From NCBI GenBank assembly GCA_963667175.2, contig CAXXXF010000004.1:328184-392183 (forward strand): a stretch of 64,000 bases of DNA, in the 5' to 3' direction. The stretch comes from Candidatus Latescibacterota bacterium. GTDB taxonomy: Bacteria > Latescibacterota > UBA2968 > GCA-2709665. The notes beneath the pieces are model-generated. The model saw only the letters and a program-made list of their open reading frames with translations, was not told where the DNA came from and did not search any database. Position numbers and translations under genes: made by a program. Below are positions 49,780 through 61,186 of this stretch, one piece after another; position 1 is the stretch's first letter, and every line of letters begins with the position of its first letter.

Positions 49780-50591
49780 GACTTTAATTATCCTGAACCG
49801 GAAGTCGAGTTTGCATTGGTACCCCAACCCACAATAGAGCTACGCGTCCTTGTCCTCGGGAAACTGATCCAGGCATCGCTTTGAGGCCAATACCAACCCC
49901 CTCGGATTCTTGCTCTCATAGTGAATCAGTCCCAAGTCGTAATGCGCATCTCGATTTTCAGGATCGACCTCGGTGCCTTTTATCAGGAATGCCAGTGCTT
50001 TATCTCTATCCCGCGTTCCGTGTTGTTCCCAGCGAAAAAGGCGGTACATTGGTGGCCCTACTCCACCTGCGACGATTCCTACAGGCTCCATCTCGAAATA
50101 CTTCAGGAAAGCCTGCACGGAAAAAATCCAACCAGGTACGCTGCTTGGGCGCGTTGTTCCGGAAAGTTCTCGTAAATCTTCTCATAATGCCGTTCGGCAC
50201 TTAGCCAGAGCCCCTGCTTGCCGAGCAACTCACCGAGCGCCATCTGATAATCACCACTTCTCGGCTCCAGCCGAATCGCCTCATCCAGCGCATTTCGTGC
50301 ACTCTGGCGATCCATGGGCGTGTCAAGCGACATATACAGCTTCGCGATCTCGTAGTGGGCCGGCGCGAAGTCCCGGTCCGCCTTCAATACGTCATGGAAG
50401 GCCTCTATACTTGCCTCAGCGCTGACACTTCCGACCTGCTCTAGAGCTGACTCGTAAATCGTATCGGCGATTTGCTTCGGCGTGCCTTCGAGTGGTGAAA
50501 TGACAGAGAGTCCGAAGCAAAAAAGCACAACTCCATATGAAGTAAACCTCCTACACCATCTTTGGATGTGACGAAATTTTCGAAATGTCAT
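49780..50591 (-). pseudogene. Type-A GWxTD pseudogene (frameshift, nonsense codon, large deletion)
   Basis: 50103-50591 and 49840-50118 match the N-terminus of 50625-52940. One T missing in the GFF T-run (~50121-50126); TAG at 49840 replaces the L of DKDAL; homology stops after LYCGLGYQ. Confidence 0.85.
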
Positions 50592-50624
50592 AACAGCACC
50601 TCGTGAGCTTCCATTTGCTCGCGT

Positions 50625-52940
50625 TCACTCAATCACGCGGAACAACGCATCCCGCGACGCTTCCTGACCGGTATGCATATCCGTCAGACGCACCGATAGG
50701 CGGTGCACACCCGCAGGCACGTGGCTCAGGTCAATCTGCAGATACGTGAAGTCATCCTCCCGGTCCCCCTCGTACTGAGAGGTAATTGTCGTTTGGGTGC
50801 CTTGTGTATCCTTTTCCATTTCTTTCATCAGCAGGGCGATTTCGTCTTCGCGATCTCCCATTCCCTCGCTCACGTGCAGCACCTCATATTTGTGGTTCCG
50901 CGTCACAATCACGTCTGGCGTCCTCGTTGGCTTGCCATTGCCTGGCAGCCGCTGCGCTGTAAACAAGTAAGGATCGATCCTTTCCTCGCCTGGACGGCCG
51001 ATCCGATAAGAAATCTCATACTCCGTGCGTCCATACCTGTCACGCCTCAGGTTATATAGTTCCAGATAGATGAACGCTGGCTCCGACCGATGGTAGGTCC
51101 GTAAGGGATTCGCAACAACATTCAGATCATCCCTGTCTTCCGGAAACGGCGACTGTGTTGCGATTTGCGTGGCCAGCAGCAGATCACTCATTGCGAGCGT
51201 AGAATCCGCCATCTCGAACGTGCGCTGCTCTCGAAACGTCCCGATCGACCCACTTTCTGCGTCCCTCACCTCGCAAATCAGATTGTACGTGCCCGGGGCC
51301 AACGTGAATGCTTTCTGAAACACCAGATGGTTTTCCCGCAAGCTGTCCACAACGGGATACCCGCTATCCGTCAACTCGGGCCACCTCAGATCCAGAGCCG
51401 ACCGCTTTCTAAAGACAGCATCCCATCGCTCGTCAAAAAGGAAGATCCCGTTCTCCAGAACCATACTATCCGCTACCGACGCGGACACGTTGTACTTCGG
51501 CAGCGCATACGCCAATTCTACGCGGAGGCTATTTCCATCCTTGAAGCCAACCACCTGATAGGGAATTCTATATTTGTGATGTCGATAGGGGTCCAGAACG
51601 TGGGGTGGTTGACGATTGAAGATATATCGACTCGAAATCCGGCCTGGACGAGTATCGAAACGCCATGAATCCAGACCGTCGCTGTTGAAAAACGAAATTG
51701 AAAAACCATCATAATACCACTCTTCATTCCCACCCTGAACGACTCTACTAATGCCGGTGCTCGCTCCATCGACACCGCCTGGCAACTCCATACGCGTTGC
51801 CGTTTTGTTGAGATACCTCCCGAATTTGATATGGGCCTTGCCACGGTCGGTTTGCCATCCCTGTATCCCCTTCAGCCGCTGCCCGTATCTGAGATTGGCA
51901 TACGCCACCCGTCCATAGTGCTCCATGCGTCGCTCGCTGAATGCTGTCAGGTAAAGGGGATCGCGTTTCCGCCAGAACCGCACCCGCTCACGGCTATCCG
52001 TCCATCCGTTTTGGGTCGCATCGGTCGTCGCAATTGAATCAAGCGCCGATAGTTCCTTCTGGCTTGCAATTACGTCCACCGACTCCATCAGAGCGCGTTC
52101 CTGTGCCGACATTCGCTCCAACGCGCCCAAATAATAGTCGTGGGCAGTTTCCAATTCACCCATCCTCTGGTATCCCAGACCACAGTAAAGCAACGCGTCC
52201 TTATCCTCGGGAAATTGATCCAGGCACAGCTTTGATGCCGTTACCAGTCCATTGGGATTCTGGCTTTCGTAATGGATCAGTCCCAAATCATAGTACGCTT
52301 GTCGATATCCGGGATCGGTCTCGATGCTCCTGATCAGAAATGCAAGTGCTTTCTCACGGTCGTGTGCGCCGTATTTTTCCCAACGAAACAGGTGATATGT
52401 AGGTGGCCCGCCGCCAGTAATAATATCTATGTGCTCCATATCGATATACTTCAAAAACGCCTGCAGGGAAAAAAAACCTACCATATACGCTGCCTCGGCA
52501 AACCTTTCGGGATGGGTCTCACATACCTTTTCGTAATGCCTCTCGGCATTCAACCAGAGCCCCTGCTTGCCGAGCAACTCACCGAGCAACAGTTGATAAT
52601 TCCCGTTGCCCGGTTCCAGTAGAATCGCCTCGTCCAGCGCCTTGCGCGCACTCTGGCGATCCATGGGCGTATCCATAGACATATACAGCTTCGCGATTTC
52701 ATAATGGGCCGGTGCGTGGTCCGGATCCGCATTCAATACCTCACGGAAAGCCCCCAGGCTCTGCTCGACGGTGACATTTCCGACTTGCTCCAGAGCTTTC
52801 TCGAAGAGCCTGTCTGCAGCCTGCTTCTCACCGGCCGCAATCGGCGACGCGAGACAGAATCCGAGCCACAGTACCGCTAACACGAAGGAACTCAATCCCG
52901 CGCGGCAAATTCGCGTTTGACGAATTATCAGGGATGGCAT
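50625..52940 (-). CDS. Secreted TPR + GWxTD domain protein (type A)
   Basis: Signal peptide, TPRs, GWQTDRGKAHIKFG. Confidence 0.9.
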   Translation of the reverse strand: MPSLIIRQTRICRAGLSSFVLAVLWLGFCLASPIAAGEKQAADRLFEKALEQVGNVTVEQSLGAFREVLNADPDHAPAHYEIAKLYMSMDTPMDRQSARKALDEAILLEPGNGNYQLLLGELLGKQGLWLNAERHYEKVCETHPERFAEAAYMVGFFSLQAFLKYIDMEHIDIITGGGPPTYHLFRWEKYGAHDREKALAFLIRSIETDPGYRQAYYDLGLIHYESQNPNGLVTASKLCLDQFPEDKDALLYCGLGYQRMGELETAHDYYLGALERMSAQERALMESVDVIASQKELSALDSIATTDATQNGWTDSRERVRFWRKRDPLYLTAFSERRMEHYGRVAYANLRYGQRLKGIQGWQTDRGKAHIKFGRYLNKTATRMELPGGVDGASTGISRVVQGGNEEWYYDGFSISFFNSDGLDSWRFDTRPGRISSRYIFNRQPPHVLDPYRHHKYRIPYQVVGFKDGNSLRVELAYALPKYNVSASVADSMVLENGIFLFDERWDAVFRKRSALDLRWPELTDSGYPVVDSLRENHLVFQKAFTLAPGTYNLICEVRDAESGSIGTFREQRTFEMADSTLAMSDLLLATQIATQSPFPEDRDDLNVVANPLRTYHRSEPAFIYLELYNLRRDRYGRTEYEISYRIGRPGEERIDPYLFTAQRLPGNGKPTRTPDVIVTRNHKYEVLHVSEGMGDREDEIALLMKEMEKDTQGTQTTITSQYEGDREDDFTYLQIDLSHVPAGVHRLSVRLTDMHTGQEASRDALFRVIE

Positions 52941-52994
52941 TGCAAGACCTCTTATTCACGCGTCGGGAACAATTCACTGTGCCAATTTCCGAAG

Positions 52995-53090
52995 CCCGTC
53001 CTACCGAGAAGACACGGCCCGCGCGCCATGGGTTCAAAAAAACAAAAGAAAAGAGCCCGGATCGTGCTTCTTCCGGGCTCCAATTGCGCC
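52995..53090 (-). promoter_or_regulatory. Conserved upstream cassette copy 4
   Basis: Perfect gagcccgga/tccgggctc hairpin + T-rich run + GAAC-ccatggcgcgcgggccgt-GTCT. Confidence 0.6.
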
Positions 53091-53621
53091 ACTGGATTCA
53101 TTTCCGAATCTCGTTTGCCTATGTCCTCAGGATTCTATACGACCCTGTTGCGATATCTTCCCCCTGCAATTATCCGACTGGCTTCCGTTTTGGTCAGGTG
53201 TCGATCCCTGTCGGAAGTCGGCGATCAATAATCCAGAACGGTGTAGTCGCCGTCCAGAATCAGGCGAACGGACACATTCAGTCCCAATTTCGCGAATAGC
53301 ACCCAGGGTGCATTCAATACACCGATGCAGGTGTACACCTCACGCCTGTCGATCTGGCGCTGCCTTCCGGCCACAAAGAAACTGACCCAATAGACCGACG
53401 TCACGTATGGCCAATCAGGAGTTCACCACCGGTATTGGGCAATCCATCGCGTTACTTTGCCGCCACGTTTTTGGAAATTCCGGCAGCAGATGGTGATAAT
53501 CGGCGATCCCGCAATAGTCATTGTCAAAGATCCACATCCTTGACCGATGTTATGGCGAGCCATCCCGTCATCGTACAGTCATTCAACCTACAGGTTTCAA
53601 ATCACCTTTATGCTGTGTACT

Positions 53622-55583
53622 TCACATTCGGACCACTTCTGGTTCCTCAAACCACCCAACACGGGACATATGGCTGGCGACCTTTTCCGTCTCTTTCGTG
53701 TACACGATCACGGCGAGGCTTTGCTGAGCCCTGCTGCAAGTAACGTAGAACAGACGTCGGGTTCTGTCTACAGACGTTTCCTTCCCTTCACGCCGGTTTT
53801 TTTCATCCGTGCTCGTCGGAACTTTCGCCCCAAGCAACTTCTCATAGCTGAACATGAAACCGCGGGCTTCGTTGTCATCAAGGATGACCATAACTCGCGG
53901 GAACTGCAGCCCTTTGATGCCCTGATGTGTGCCGAAAGGTGATCTGTCAGAGATGTACTCTGCATATGCCTCGAACTGACTGAACGGGACAGAAAGCGCT
54001 TCCCTCCAGGCATCTACCGCAGGATTCCTGTCGCCTTCCGCATCTGCGGGAACTGACACTATCTCTTCTCGCTGTCCAACAGCGTCGGACAGGATAGGCG
54101 CGAATACATCAGGGATGCCGAATAGGCCTTCGTTATCGATCATCTTGAGAACATCCAACAAGACCGGATCTGCGCCATCGTTCCACAGGGAGAAGATGGA
54201 CTTCACGGACCTGTCGGCCGTACGAATTTCCTCCAATGAAGTCACGCTTGCGCTCAGTCTTTCGGGAGACATGATCGGGGAGTGATCCTTCACGATCCGA
54301 GCGACGGCAAACCTGTCTTCGGATCGCATGGCTTGTACCAGTGGAAGAACCCGCTGCGTGAAGAAAGCAACCCCGTTCAAAGTCCCATTGAGCAGGCCAG
54401 TCCTGAAATTGTCTATACTGTAAAGTGGCTTAAAGAAACGGTCGAAGCCGCCCCTGCGTGCGGCCATGTGATGCTCGAGGGTAAGTACTTTAATCGCCTG
54501 TTGGTTCATCCACTCGTCATCGGAAGTGACCTCTGCCATTTTTCTTACCACTGCGGTTTCAACTATCGATTTGTCCACGTCATCAACATCATTGATCAGG
54601 AACAGGCGCACGACCCCTTCTTGCGCGTCTTGTCCAGGCTCCTGCTGAGCGCCGTCCGCTTCCGATCTGATCTGATTGAGAAGCGTCACAATTCGTCTGG
54701 GACACCTGTGGTTGACGTCAATGGCAGGTTTCTCCCAATCTGCCGGGACAGCCTCCTCCAATCCGACTTTCCCGTCCGCGTAGATGCGCTGCATCGTGTC
54801 ACCGAACAGAGACAGACAGAATTGGTCTGGATACTTCGCTTGGAGGGCAAAAAACGCGTCAATCAGGTCTTTCTGCGTGTCCTGGCTTTCGTCGATGAGC
54901 AGGACGGGGTGCTTCCGAATCAGTATCTGACGCATGAGTGGCTTCTCGGCGAGAAATGCCGCTGTGATGGCTATGACCTCAGCGTGGTTCAGTGAGTTCC
55001 TGCCGATGTTTTCGCCGTTTGGATTGTAGGTGAACTGCTTGATGACATCGAGATGCTGAAGTCGCGTCTCGTTCGATTCTATCTGAACCCGCCGCTCAGC
55101 AGAGGCCTTTGTTCCTGCCCTCCCGGACGCTTGCTTCTCCTGAAGTTCGGTGATTTCGGTAGACAAACGTACTCGGAGCCAAGTAGAGATGTCTTTGTGG
55201 TATGTGCGGATCTGTTCCCAAGCAAAGCTATGGATAGTTGACACGACAAAGATTGGATCAAAGTCAATTCTGCGCCTGATCTCGTCGCATGCGGCATTGG
55301 TGTAGGTTATGACAGCAACTTTCTGGCCCGACTGCCGGAACTGCGTGCCATAGCGGGTCCGAAAGATGTCCATTGCCTCAACGACCGCCCTTGTCTTGCC
55401 GGTGCCAGCGCCGGCATAGAGGAAGAAGCTCCTGGGCTTCTCCAGGTCGAGGCATGCCGCAATTGTCTTACTGAGGTTATCCCCATGAGTGACTGCCTCA
55501 GGCATCATTGACCTCTGCCGATTCTGTTGAGTTGGCGTCAAACTTTCTCGCGTCAAGGTTCTTCTGAAGCCACGCAAGGCCAT
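53622..55583 (-). CDS. UvrD/REP-type helicase (GajB-like)
   Basis: AGAGTGKT, ITYTNAA, STIHSF, IDESQD, FGD..QRIY, NHRC, THQGIKGLQF, RRLFYVTCSRA. Likely start ~55505-55508, overlapping the upstream stop. Confidence 0.88.
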   Translation of the reverse strand: MALRGFRRTLTRESLTPTQQNRQRSMMPEAVTHGDNLSKTIAACLDLEKPRSFFLYAGAGTGKTRAVVEAMDIFRTRYGTQFRQSGQKVAVITYTNAACDEIRRRIDFDPIFVVSTIHSFAWEQIRTYHKDISTWLRVRLSTEITELQEKQASGRAGTKASAERRVQIESNETRLQHLDVIKQFTYNPNGENIGRNSLNHAEVIAITAAFLAEKPLMRQILIRKHPVLLIDESQDTQKDLIDAFFALQAKYPDQFCLSLFGDTMQRIYADGKVGLEEAVPADWEKPAIDVNHRCPRRIVTLLNQIRSEADGAQQEPGQDAQEGVVRLFLINDVDDVDKSIVETAVVRKMAEVTSDDEWMNQQAIKVLTLEHHMAARRGGFDRFFKPLYSIDNFRTGLLNGTLNGVAFFTQRVLPLVQAMRSEDRFAVARIVKDHSPIMSPERLSASVTSLEEIRTADRSVKSIFSLWNDGADPVLLDVLKMIDNEGLFGIPDVFAPILSDAVGQREEIVSVPADAEGDRNPAVDAWREALSVPFSQFEAYAEYISDRSPFGTHQGIKGLQFPRVMVILDDNEARGFMFSYEKLLGAKVPTSTDEKNRREGKETSVDRTRRLFYVTCSRAQQSLAVIVYTKETEKVASHMSRVGWFEEPEVVRM

Positions 55584-58037
55584 CAGCGATGTAGACTGGC
55601 GGCTCTACCTGACTCGGCTCACCCAGGAAGAGTAACTCCAAGGCCATCTCAGCCTTGCTGCCCTTCTCCAAGTTGGCGAACATAACCCTGCTGGCATTTT
55701 CAAGTGTGTCCGCTCCCAAAGCTGCTTGGAGCTTCTTCAATAGGCCGACCGGTTTTACATATCCCCGGAACAGTTCAAGATTCGTCAAGGCCAATGAATC
55801 TTCGAAAGTATAGGGTATTGCCTCGTCCCTGTCTTGACATTCCTTGAATTCCACAGCGATTGGGCACTGGTAAGCGACCCTGACGAGCCCATCCGCTGTC
55901 TGTTTCACATCGTCCGACAGGTCAAGCAAATCATCGAGTGGTTCTATCTTGGGTACCCATTTCTTGAGTGTAGTGTTTCCTGTTCGGTAGCCATTGCCTC
56001 GCTGAGGTCGGGCTTTGGCCTCGCCAGTCCCCTGAATGGAGTCCAGGTCCGTGACGACCAGAGTCAGAAGTCCAAGAGTATTCAACAGTGGTTTCAAACG
56101 ATGTGCATGGGCGCCACCGATCTCAAGAAGCGAGATGTAGCTTTGATCCAGTATCACACCTGTCCAAAATCAGTTTCTGTCTTGGACAGCATCTGGTTCA
56201 CTTCCGCGAAGCCATCCCTCGACCAAGATCGCCTGAGATTCACAAAATGCTTATTTCACGGGCTTATTGAGATGGAAACAGCACAATTATGGCCGCTGGA
56301 AACGTCACCTTGTTCTTGGACAGCATTGCGCAGAAGATGGCAAACCTGGTTTTCATTATCCGGGTCAAACCCGTCCAAAATCGCCTATTGTAGCCATTTT
56401 TCGAACCTTATCTCTGGGAATCCGACGGTTCTTGGACAGCAGTGATCCAGTATAGGAAACTTTCCCCGGATGAAATGGGGAATCAACATGCGTTCGGCCG
56501 CCCCCTCCACCAGGATGGCCGCATCGGCGAAGAAGAGATCGCAATGGGTCGTCCGAAGATATCGAGTAGCAAACTTTGAGGTCTCATCGTGGTCGCCGAA
56601 CGTCTGTGAGAGATTGATAACCGTTGCCGTGGGAATTTCACCCTGGTTCGTGGCTGATTCCCGACGGAAGTAACGCAGGCAAGAGAAGTCCAATTCATGA
56701 GCAATATGTGATGAGTGAGTGCTGACGATCATCTGCGTGCTGAAGGAAGAATCCACAAGCGCATCGTGGTTGCGGAGCACTTCGTAGGCTTTTTTGATGA
56801 ATACCTGTTGGATCTGCGCGTGCAGATGAGCCTCCGGTTCTTCAACGAGTACAAGGTGCAACGGTTCAATACCAACATCCTTGGTGTCTTGATTCTTGGC
56901 CGCTTTTCCAACCCGCATCCATTCGTCTCTGAATCGGATCAGGTTGAATACCATCGAGATCAGGTTCTGGTAACCGAGTCCGTTGTATTTTTCGGGTAAG
57001 AACAGTGAATCTGATCCAGGCAGGTCGAACTGTACCGCGGCGTCGTGATCAAGGCCGTCGCGTGGGTCGATCTTGCTTGTTATGGAGATCCTTGGGTCAC
57101 TGAATCCGGGATAATTGAGACCCTCAAGTTCTCCAATGGCAGGATTGAAGCTCGTCTTCAACTGATCGTTGAATACCGTTTTCGCCGCTTCGATCGCTTC
57201 CAACGCCGCGATATCACTCGCATCAGGCGCCTCGGACGGATTCAAGTGCTTGGAGAAGTAGTGGCGCAGTTGGGTCGACAAGCTTGCAAAGCCACTGTAT
57301 GACTCATCTTCTGTCTTGGGATCGGAAAAACCTCTCTGGGCAGTGATTACGTCAATCTTGATGAGACCGTCGAATGGATCCTTCTTGAGCGCGTCGCTGT
57401 CGGGTGAAAGCGACTGAGGCCTGGCGACTCCCCGTACGGGGTCTTGAAGTTGTGTAGGGTCCAGAATGTAGGATTGGATTTCAAACTGGCTGTGAAGCTG
57501 TCTGTCCAGGAAGTCCCTCAGTGAGTTTGGCCATAGAGTCAGCGGCGACGCATCTTTGCTGGAAGCCGACTCGGCGTCGCGTGCCGACTTGTAGGCGCTT
57601 CGGAAGTCCTTGTAGAGTCGCTCCATGTTCTTGGGCACAAACACAAGCCTGACTCCCAGCAATTCCTCGAGCGTCCAATCCAATGTAGGGAGAAGATGCG
57701 CAACACGGTGAAGGTTATTTTCGTCGGCTATGAGCCAGACATCGATAGAGGGCAGGAAAGGTAGCCAGGCGTCAACAGCGATATCTGGTTCTTCATCATC
57801 GGCAGCTTCTACCCACTGTTTTCCGAGTCGATCAAGAGATGGCCAGTTTGAAAGGGTGAAATCAGTGGTCGTAAAGTCCTTGTGGCGGCTCCGCTTGAGA
57901 AAGAGGCTTAGAGCATGCATTGCGGATGTCTTGCCGCTGTTATTCGCGCCGACGAAAATCGTCTCCTGTTGCGCGATCTCGACGCGGCATGCCTTCAGCT
58001 TCCGGAAATTCTGTATCTCAATAAAGGCGATGTGCAC
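55498..58037 (-). pseudogene. OLD-family ABC-ATPase/Toprim nuclease (GajA-like), interrupted by a MITE
   Basis: IQNFRKL, GANNSGKTS, VEEPEAHLH, STHSSH, LFFADAAILVEGAAE, then (after the insertion) EIGGAHAH and VTDLD. Removing the MITE plus one TSD restores FPILDQSYISLL in frame (~746 aa from GTG 58037). Confidence 0.85.
56155..56444. mobile_element. 290-bp MITE (IS4-like ends)
   Basis: TIR CACACCTGTCCAA / TTGGACAGCAGTG; 9-bp TSD ATCCAGTAT at 56146-56154 and 56445-56453; internal CTTGGACAGC copies. Confidence 0.85.
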
Positions 58038-58391
58038 TCGATGTTCTCCCTTGCATCGTGGTCGAATAGGAATTGGAAGATTTCTCTGGTCGCTCGGGCT
58101 CCAGTCCCACGGCCAAGTGTCGGATTTCTTTCGTCGACAAACAGGATTGTTACCTTGAGTCGTTTTTGCTTCCAAGCTACATCCGCGATTGGTGTCCTCC
58201 ATTGAGCGGGCTGCAGGACGATTATAGTTGACCCACGCGGGTCAATTTTGAACGATGAAATGTGTCCAACTGCTTATGATACCCACAGATTCCGGTGTCC
58301 AAGTATAAAATCAAACCGTCAGCGAAACGCATTTGCTATTGGTTGTCGGATGCCAGAGCTCAGCACCATCAATCTGACAAGGGGGGATGGC

Positions 58392-59393
58392 CTATACCAA
58401 GTTCTCCACAAGAGTCTCGGCTGTGTATTCCGACACACACGACGCCATATACCTTTGTATAGCCTCACCACAATCGGGATCGGTGCGTGCGAAATCGATG
58501 AATGCCTTGAAATAACTCTCGTGACTTCCGATGTCGTAACGTTTCTCATCCTGCTTCATTCTTACCGCCCTGACCGCATGTCCTGAACGAATAAGTCCCC
58601 GGATTGCGTCCGTAATGCCGATTTCGCCTGCGGAAGAAGGATGAAGCTTTCGTATTTCATTGAAAATCTCGGGGCCGAAGACGTAGCGTGCGCTTACGGC
58701 CATGTAACTCGGGGCGAGTTCTGGGGCAGGTTTCTCCACGATGTCTTCAAGCAAGAAACCGTCGGCATCAATGTCTTCTCCGAGAGCGGCCTGCACGATG
58801 CCATATCGGCCGACCAGCGTCGAAGGGACGAAACGCACACCCATTGTGCACGTGGCATTGTACCTGACGTGCGCTTCGATCATTCGTTGGACGAAGTTCG
58901 GTCGCAAGGTCGAGTCAATGACAGTGTCGCCATAGGCGACCACAAAATGCTCGTCATCTACAAAGCTCTCGGCGGAGGCAATGGCGGCACCGGTACCCCC
59001 AGGTTTGGAAGCGCCTGAATGCTTTTGTTGGCGAGCATAGAAGAACTCGATATCGCGTTTGCTATAGTCAAAGCTCGCCAAGTCCTGCAACTGGCCATTT
59101 TGCTTCGCATCAATCTCGATATCCAGATTGTTGTCGAACTGATTCTCAATAATTGTCTTGCGTCCGGATGTTATAAATAGGAATTTTTCCAGTTTGGCTG
59201 CAACCATTTCCTCAACGACGAGCTGTATCGCCGGAAATTTGCCCAAAGGTAACATCTCTTTAGGCAATGCCCTTGTCGTAGGCAAAAGGCGGGTACCAAG
59301 ACCTGCGATTGGCACTACGGTTTTTAGCAGTGTTCGATTTCGAGTTCGAGATCTCATTGAAACTACTGTTTCCTTACCAAAACGTGGCATCAC
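58392..59393 (-). CDS. galU: UTP-glucose-1-phosphate uridylyltransferase
   Basis: KTVVPIAGLGTRLLPTTRALPKEMLP, YGIV, IVEKP, RYVF.PEIF, GEIGITDAI, RYDIG. Confidence 0.85.
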   Translation of the reverse strand: MMPRFGKETVVSMRSRTRNRTLLKTVVPIAGLGTRLLPTTRALPKEMLPLGKFPAIQLVVEEMVAAKLEKFLFITSGRKTIIENQFDNNLDIEIDAKQNGQLQDLASFDYSKRDIEFFYARQQKHSGASKPGGTGAAIASAESFVDDEHFVVAYGDTVIDSTLRPNFVQRMIEAHVRYNATCTMGVRFVPSTLVGRYGIVQAALGEDIDADGFLLEDIVEKPAPELAPSYMAVSARYVFGPEIFNEIRKLHPSSAGEIGITDAIRGLIRSGHAVRAVRMKQDEKRYDIGSHESYFKAFIDFARTDPDCGEAIQRYMASCVSEYTAETLVENLV

Positions 59394-59761
59394 GAGTAAG
59401 GTAACTTTCGTGGGAAATTGGTTCCCTAACTAGCGGCCTGCGTCGTAAGTCAACCGCTTCTGGGGGTAGCGCCCTCCCTTGTGGCGTCCATAGATGCCAC
59501 AACCTATCGTGAGATTAGATGCAATATTGAGGGGTTACATCACGTACCCATTGGCTTTCCCACCCGTGCGAATTCCCTACGTCAATAACTGAACCTGAAT
59601 CGTGGCCATTGGCCGCCGTGGATTTCCGTGGGGACGGCGTCACTGTTCCCACCGCTCGCAGCACTTGCTTGGCGTCGTGCAGCGGCCGTTCAATCGTCCG
59701 GAACGACCACAGGTACCCGTCTCGTAACAAAAGCGTGCCATGCATTAACTTCGGCTCTTGA

Positions 59762-61186
59762 GGGCAAGTACTATTTTTAGTTGAAACGGGAGAGGCGTTT
59801 AGTCGGCGGCGAAAGCCTCTTGCGCGTCGTGATCGAGGTTGAGGTGTTTTTGTAGGGCAAGTCTGAGTATAGGAAGAAAGCGGTATCCTTTGATTCTCCG
59901 CAGTCGTGGCTCGATGTCTAACAGCGCGGCTGCCAACCACCGATATCGCTGATCGGAGTTGTTCCATCGTTTTACATTTCGTGTGCGCTGAGCGACCATG
60001 GCGTTGAGGGATTCGATACAGTTGGTGGTGCGGAACGATTGTTTGAGCTGTGGCATGAGCCCCAGCCGATGGAGGGTGAGGGTTTCTTCGAGCCCTTCCT
60101 CGAGGCTGTTCAGTGCCGATGCGTTCCTCAGCGCCAGGGAGGGTTTGAGGGCCTGTAGCGCGGCTTTGGCTTCGTTGTAGGTCTCCTTGTCGTACGCATC
60201 GTGGAGGGCCTTTCTGACCTCATCCTGCTGTGATTTTGGCAGATAGGCGATCACGTTTTCCCGTTTGTGCCACTGGCAGCGTTGAATGGCGACGTATCCG
60301 GATAGGGCCTTGGTCAGCGCGGTCCGCAACCCCTTCGAGCCGTCGATGAGGCACAGCAGCCCCTGGTGATACTGCAGTCCGCGATCGATGAGCGAATTGA
60401 CAAACTGCCGGCACACGCGCTCATTTTCACTGGCGGCCTGCACGAACCCCAGCGGGACCTTGTCCCCGTCGATTGTCACGCCAAGGGCGATGATCATTTG
60501 CTGATCGGCAAAGGTCTTGCCATCCATAAACAGCCCCACCAGGTCATAGCCGGCAAGCGACCGTTCTTGAAACTGCCTCAGCTTGGCCGCTGATGTCTTT
60601 ATGAACCGCTTCGAGACCGTCGACGAAGACAAGCCAAACGCCTCGGGTACCGCCTCTGCGCAACTGGCGTAAGAACGCGTGGCAAGGCCGCCCAGAACGC
60701 GAAGCAGCAACCCTTCGTCCATGTCTCTGGGGCGCTGCAAGCGGCGATACGCCTGTAGAGGCACCTCCTCATTGGCTTCCACGTCGCGCACCCTCGGTAC
60801 CGCCACGGGCACTTTCTGGTCCGATAGATACACCGATCCACGTTGCACGCCCCACCGGCGATTCGGGGCCTTGTCTGCTTTACGACTGTATCTCTTGCCC
60901 GTCAACGCGGCGACCTCATTCTGCAAGATTTCTTCCACGGCGGCCAGACCCAGAGGGATCAGCGACTGGATCAAGGCCACACGGACGTCAACATCCTCCA
61001 GCATACCTGCGGAGACCGCCCTGGAACTCACAACACCTTCCGTGTTCAACTTGACTTCACGAGACTTCGATGATACCTTGCTCATTACAGGCTCCTTTCG
61101 TATGAGGATACAGTATTCTACTCGGGACTACTGTATCCAATTTACATCGGAGCCTCTTCTATTTCAACTAAGATAGGTACATTCCC
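59762..61186 (-). mobile_element. IS256-family insertion sequence
   Basis: Imperfect TIRs gggcaagtactatttttagttgaaa / tttcaactaagataggtacattccc; 8-bp TSD GCTCTTGA at 59754-59761 and 61187-61194. Confidence 0.92.
59799..61085 (-). CDS. IS256 family transposase
   Basis: VPRVR, FMDGK, ALGV..DG.K..LG, IDGSKGL, QRCQWHKREN, TTNCIESLN. Confidence 0.93.
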   Translation of the reverse strand: MSKVSSKSREVKLNTEGVVSSRAVSAGMLEDVDVRVALIQSLIPLGLAAVEEILQNEVAALTGKRYSRKADKAPNRRWGVQRGSVYLSDQKVPVAVPRVRDVEANEEVPLQAYRRLQRPRDMDEGLLLRVLGGLATRSYASCAEAVPEAFGLSSSTVSKRFIKTSAAKLRQFQERSLAGYDLVGLFMDGKTFADQQMIIALGVTIDGDKVPLGFVQAASENERVCRQFVNSLIDRGLQYHQGLLCLIDGSKGLRTALTKALSGYVAIQRCQWHKRENVIAYLPKSQQDEVRKALHDAYDKETYNEAKAALQALKPSLALRNASALNSLEEGLEETLTLHRLGLMPQLKQSFRTTNCIESLNAMVAQRTRNVKRWNNSDQRYRWLAAALLDIEPRLRRIKGYRFLPILRLALQKHLNLDHDAQEAFAAD

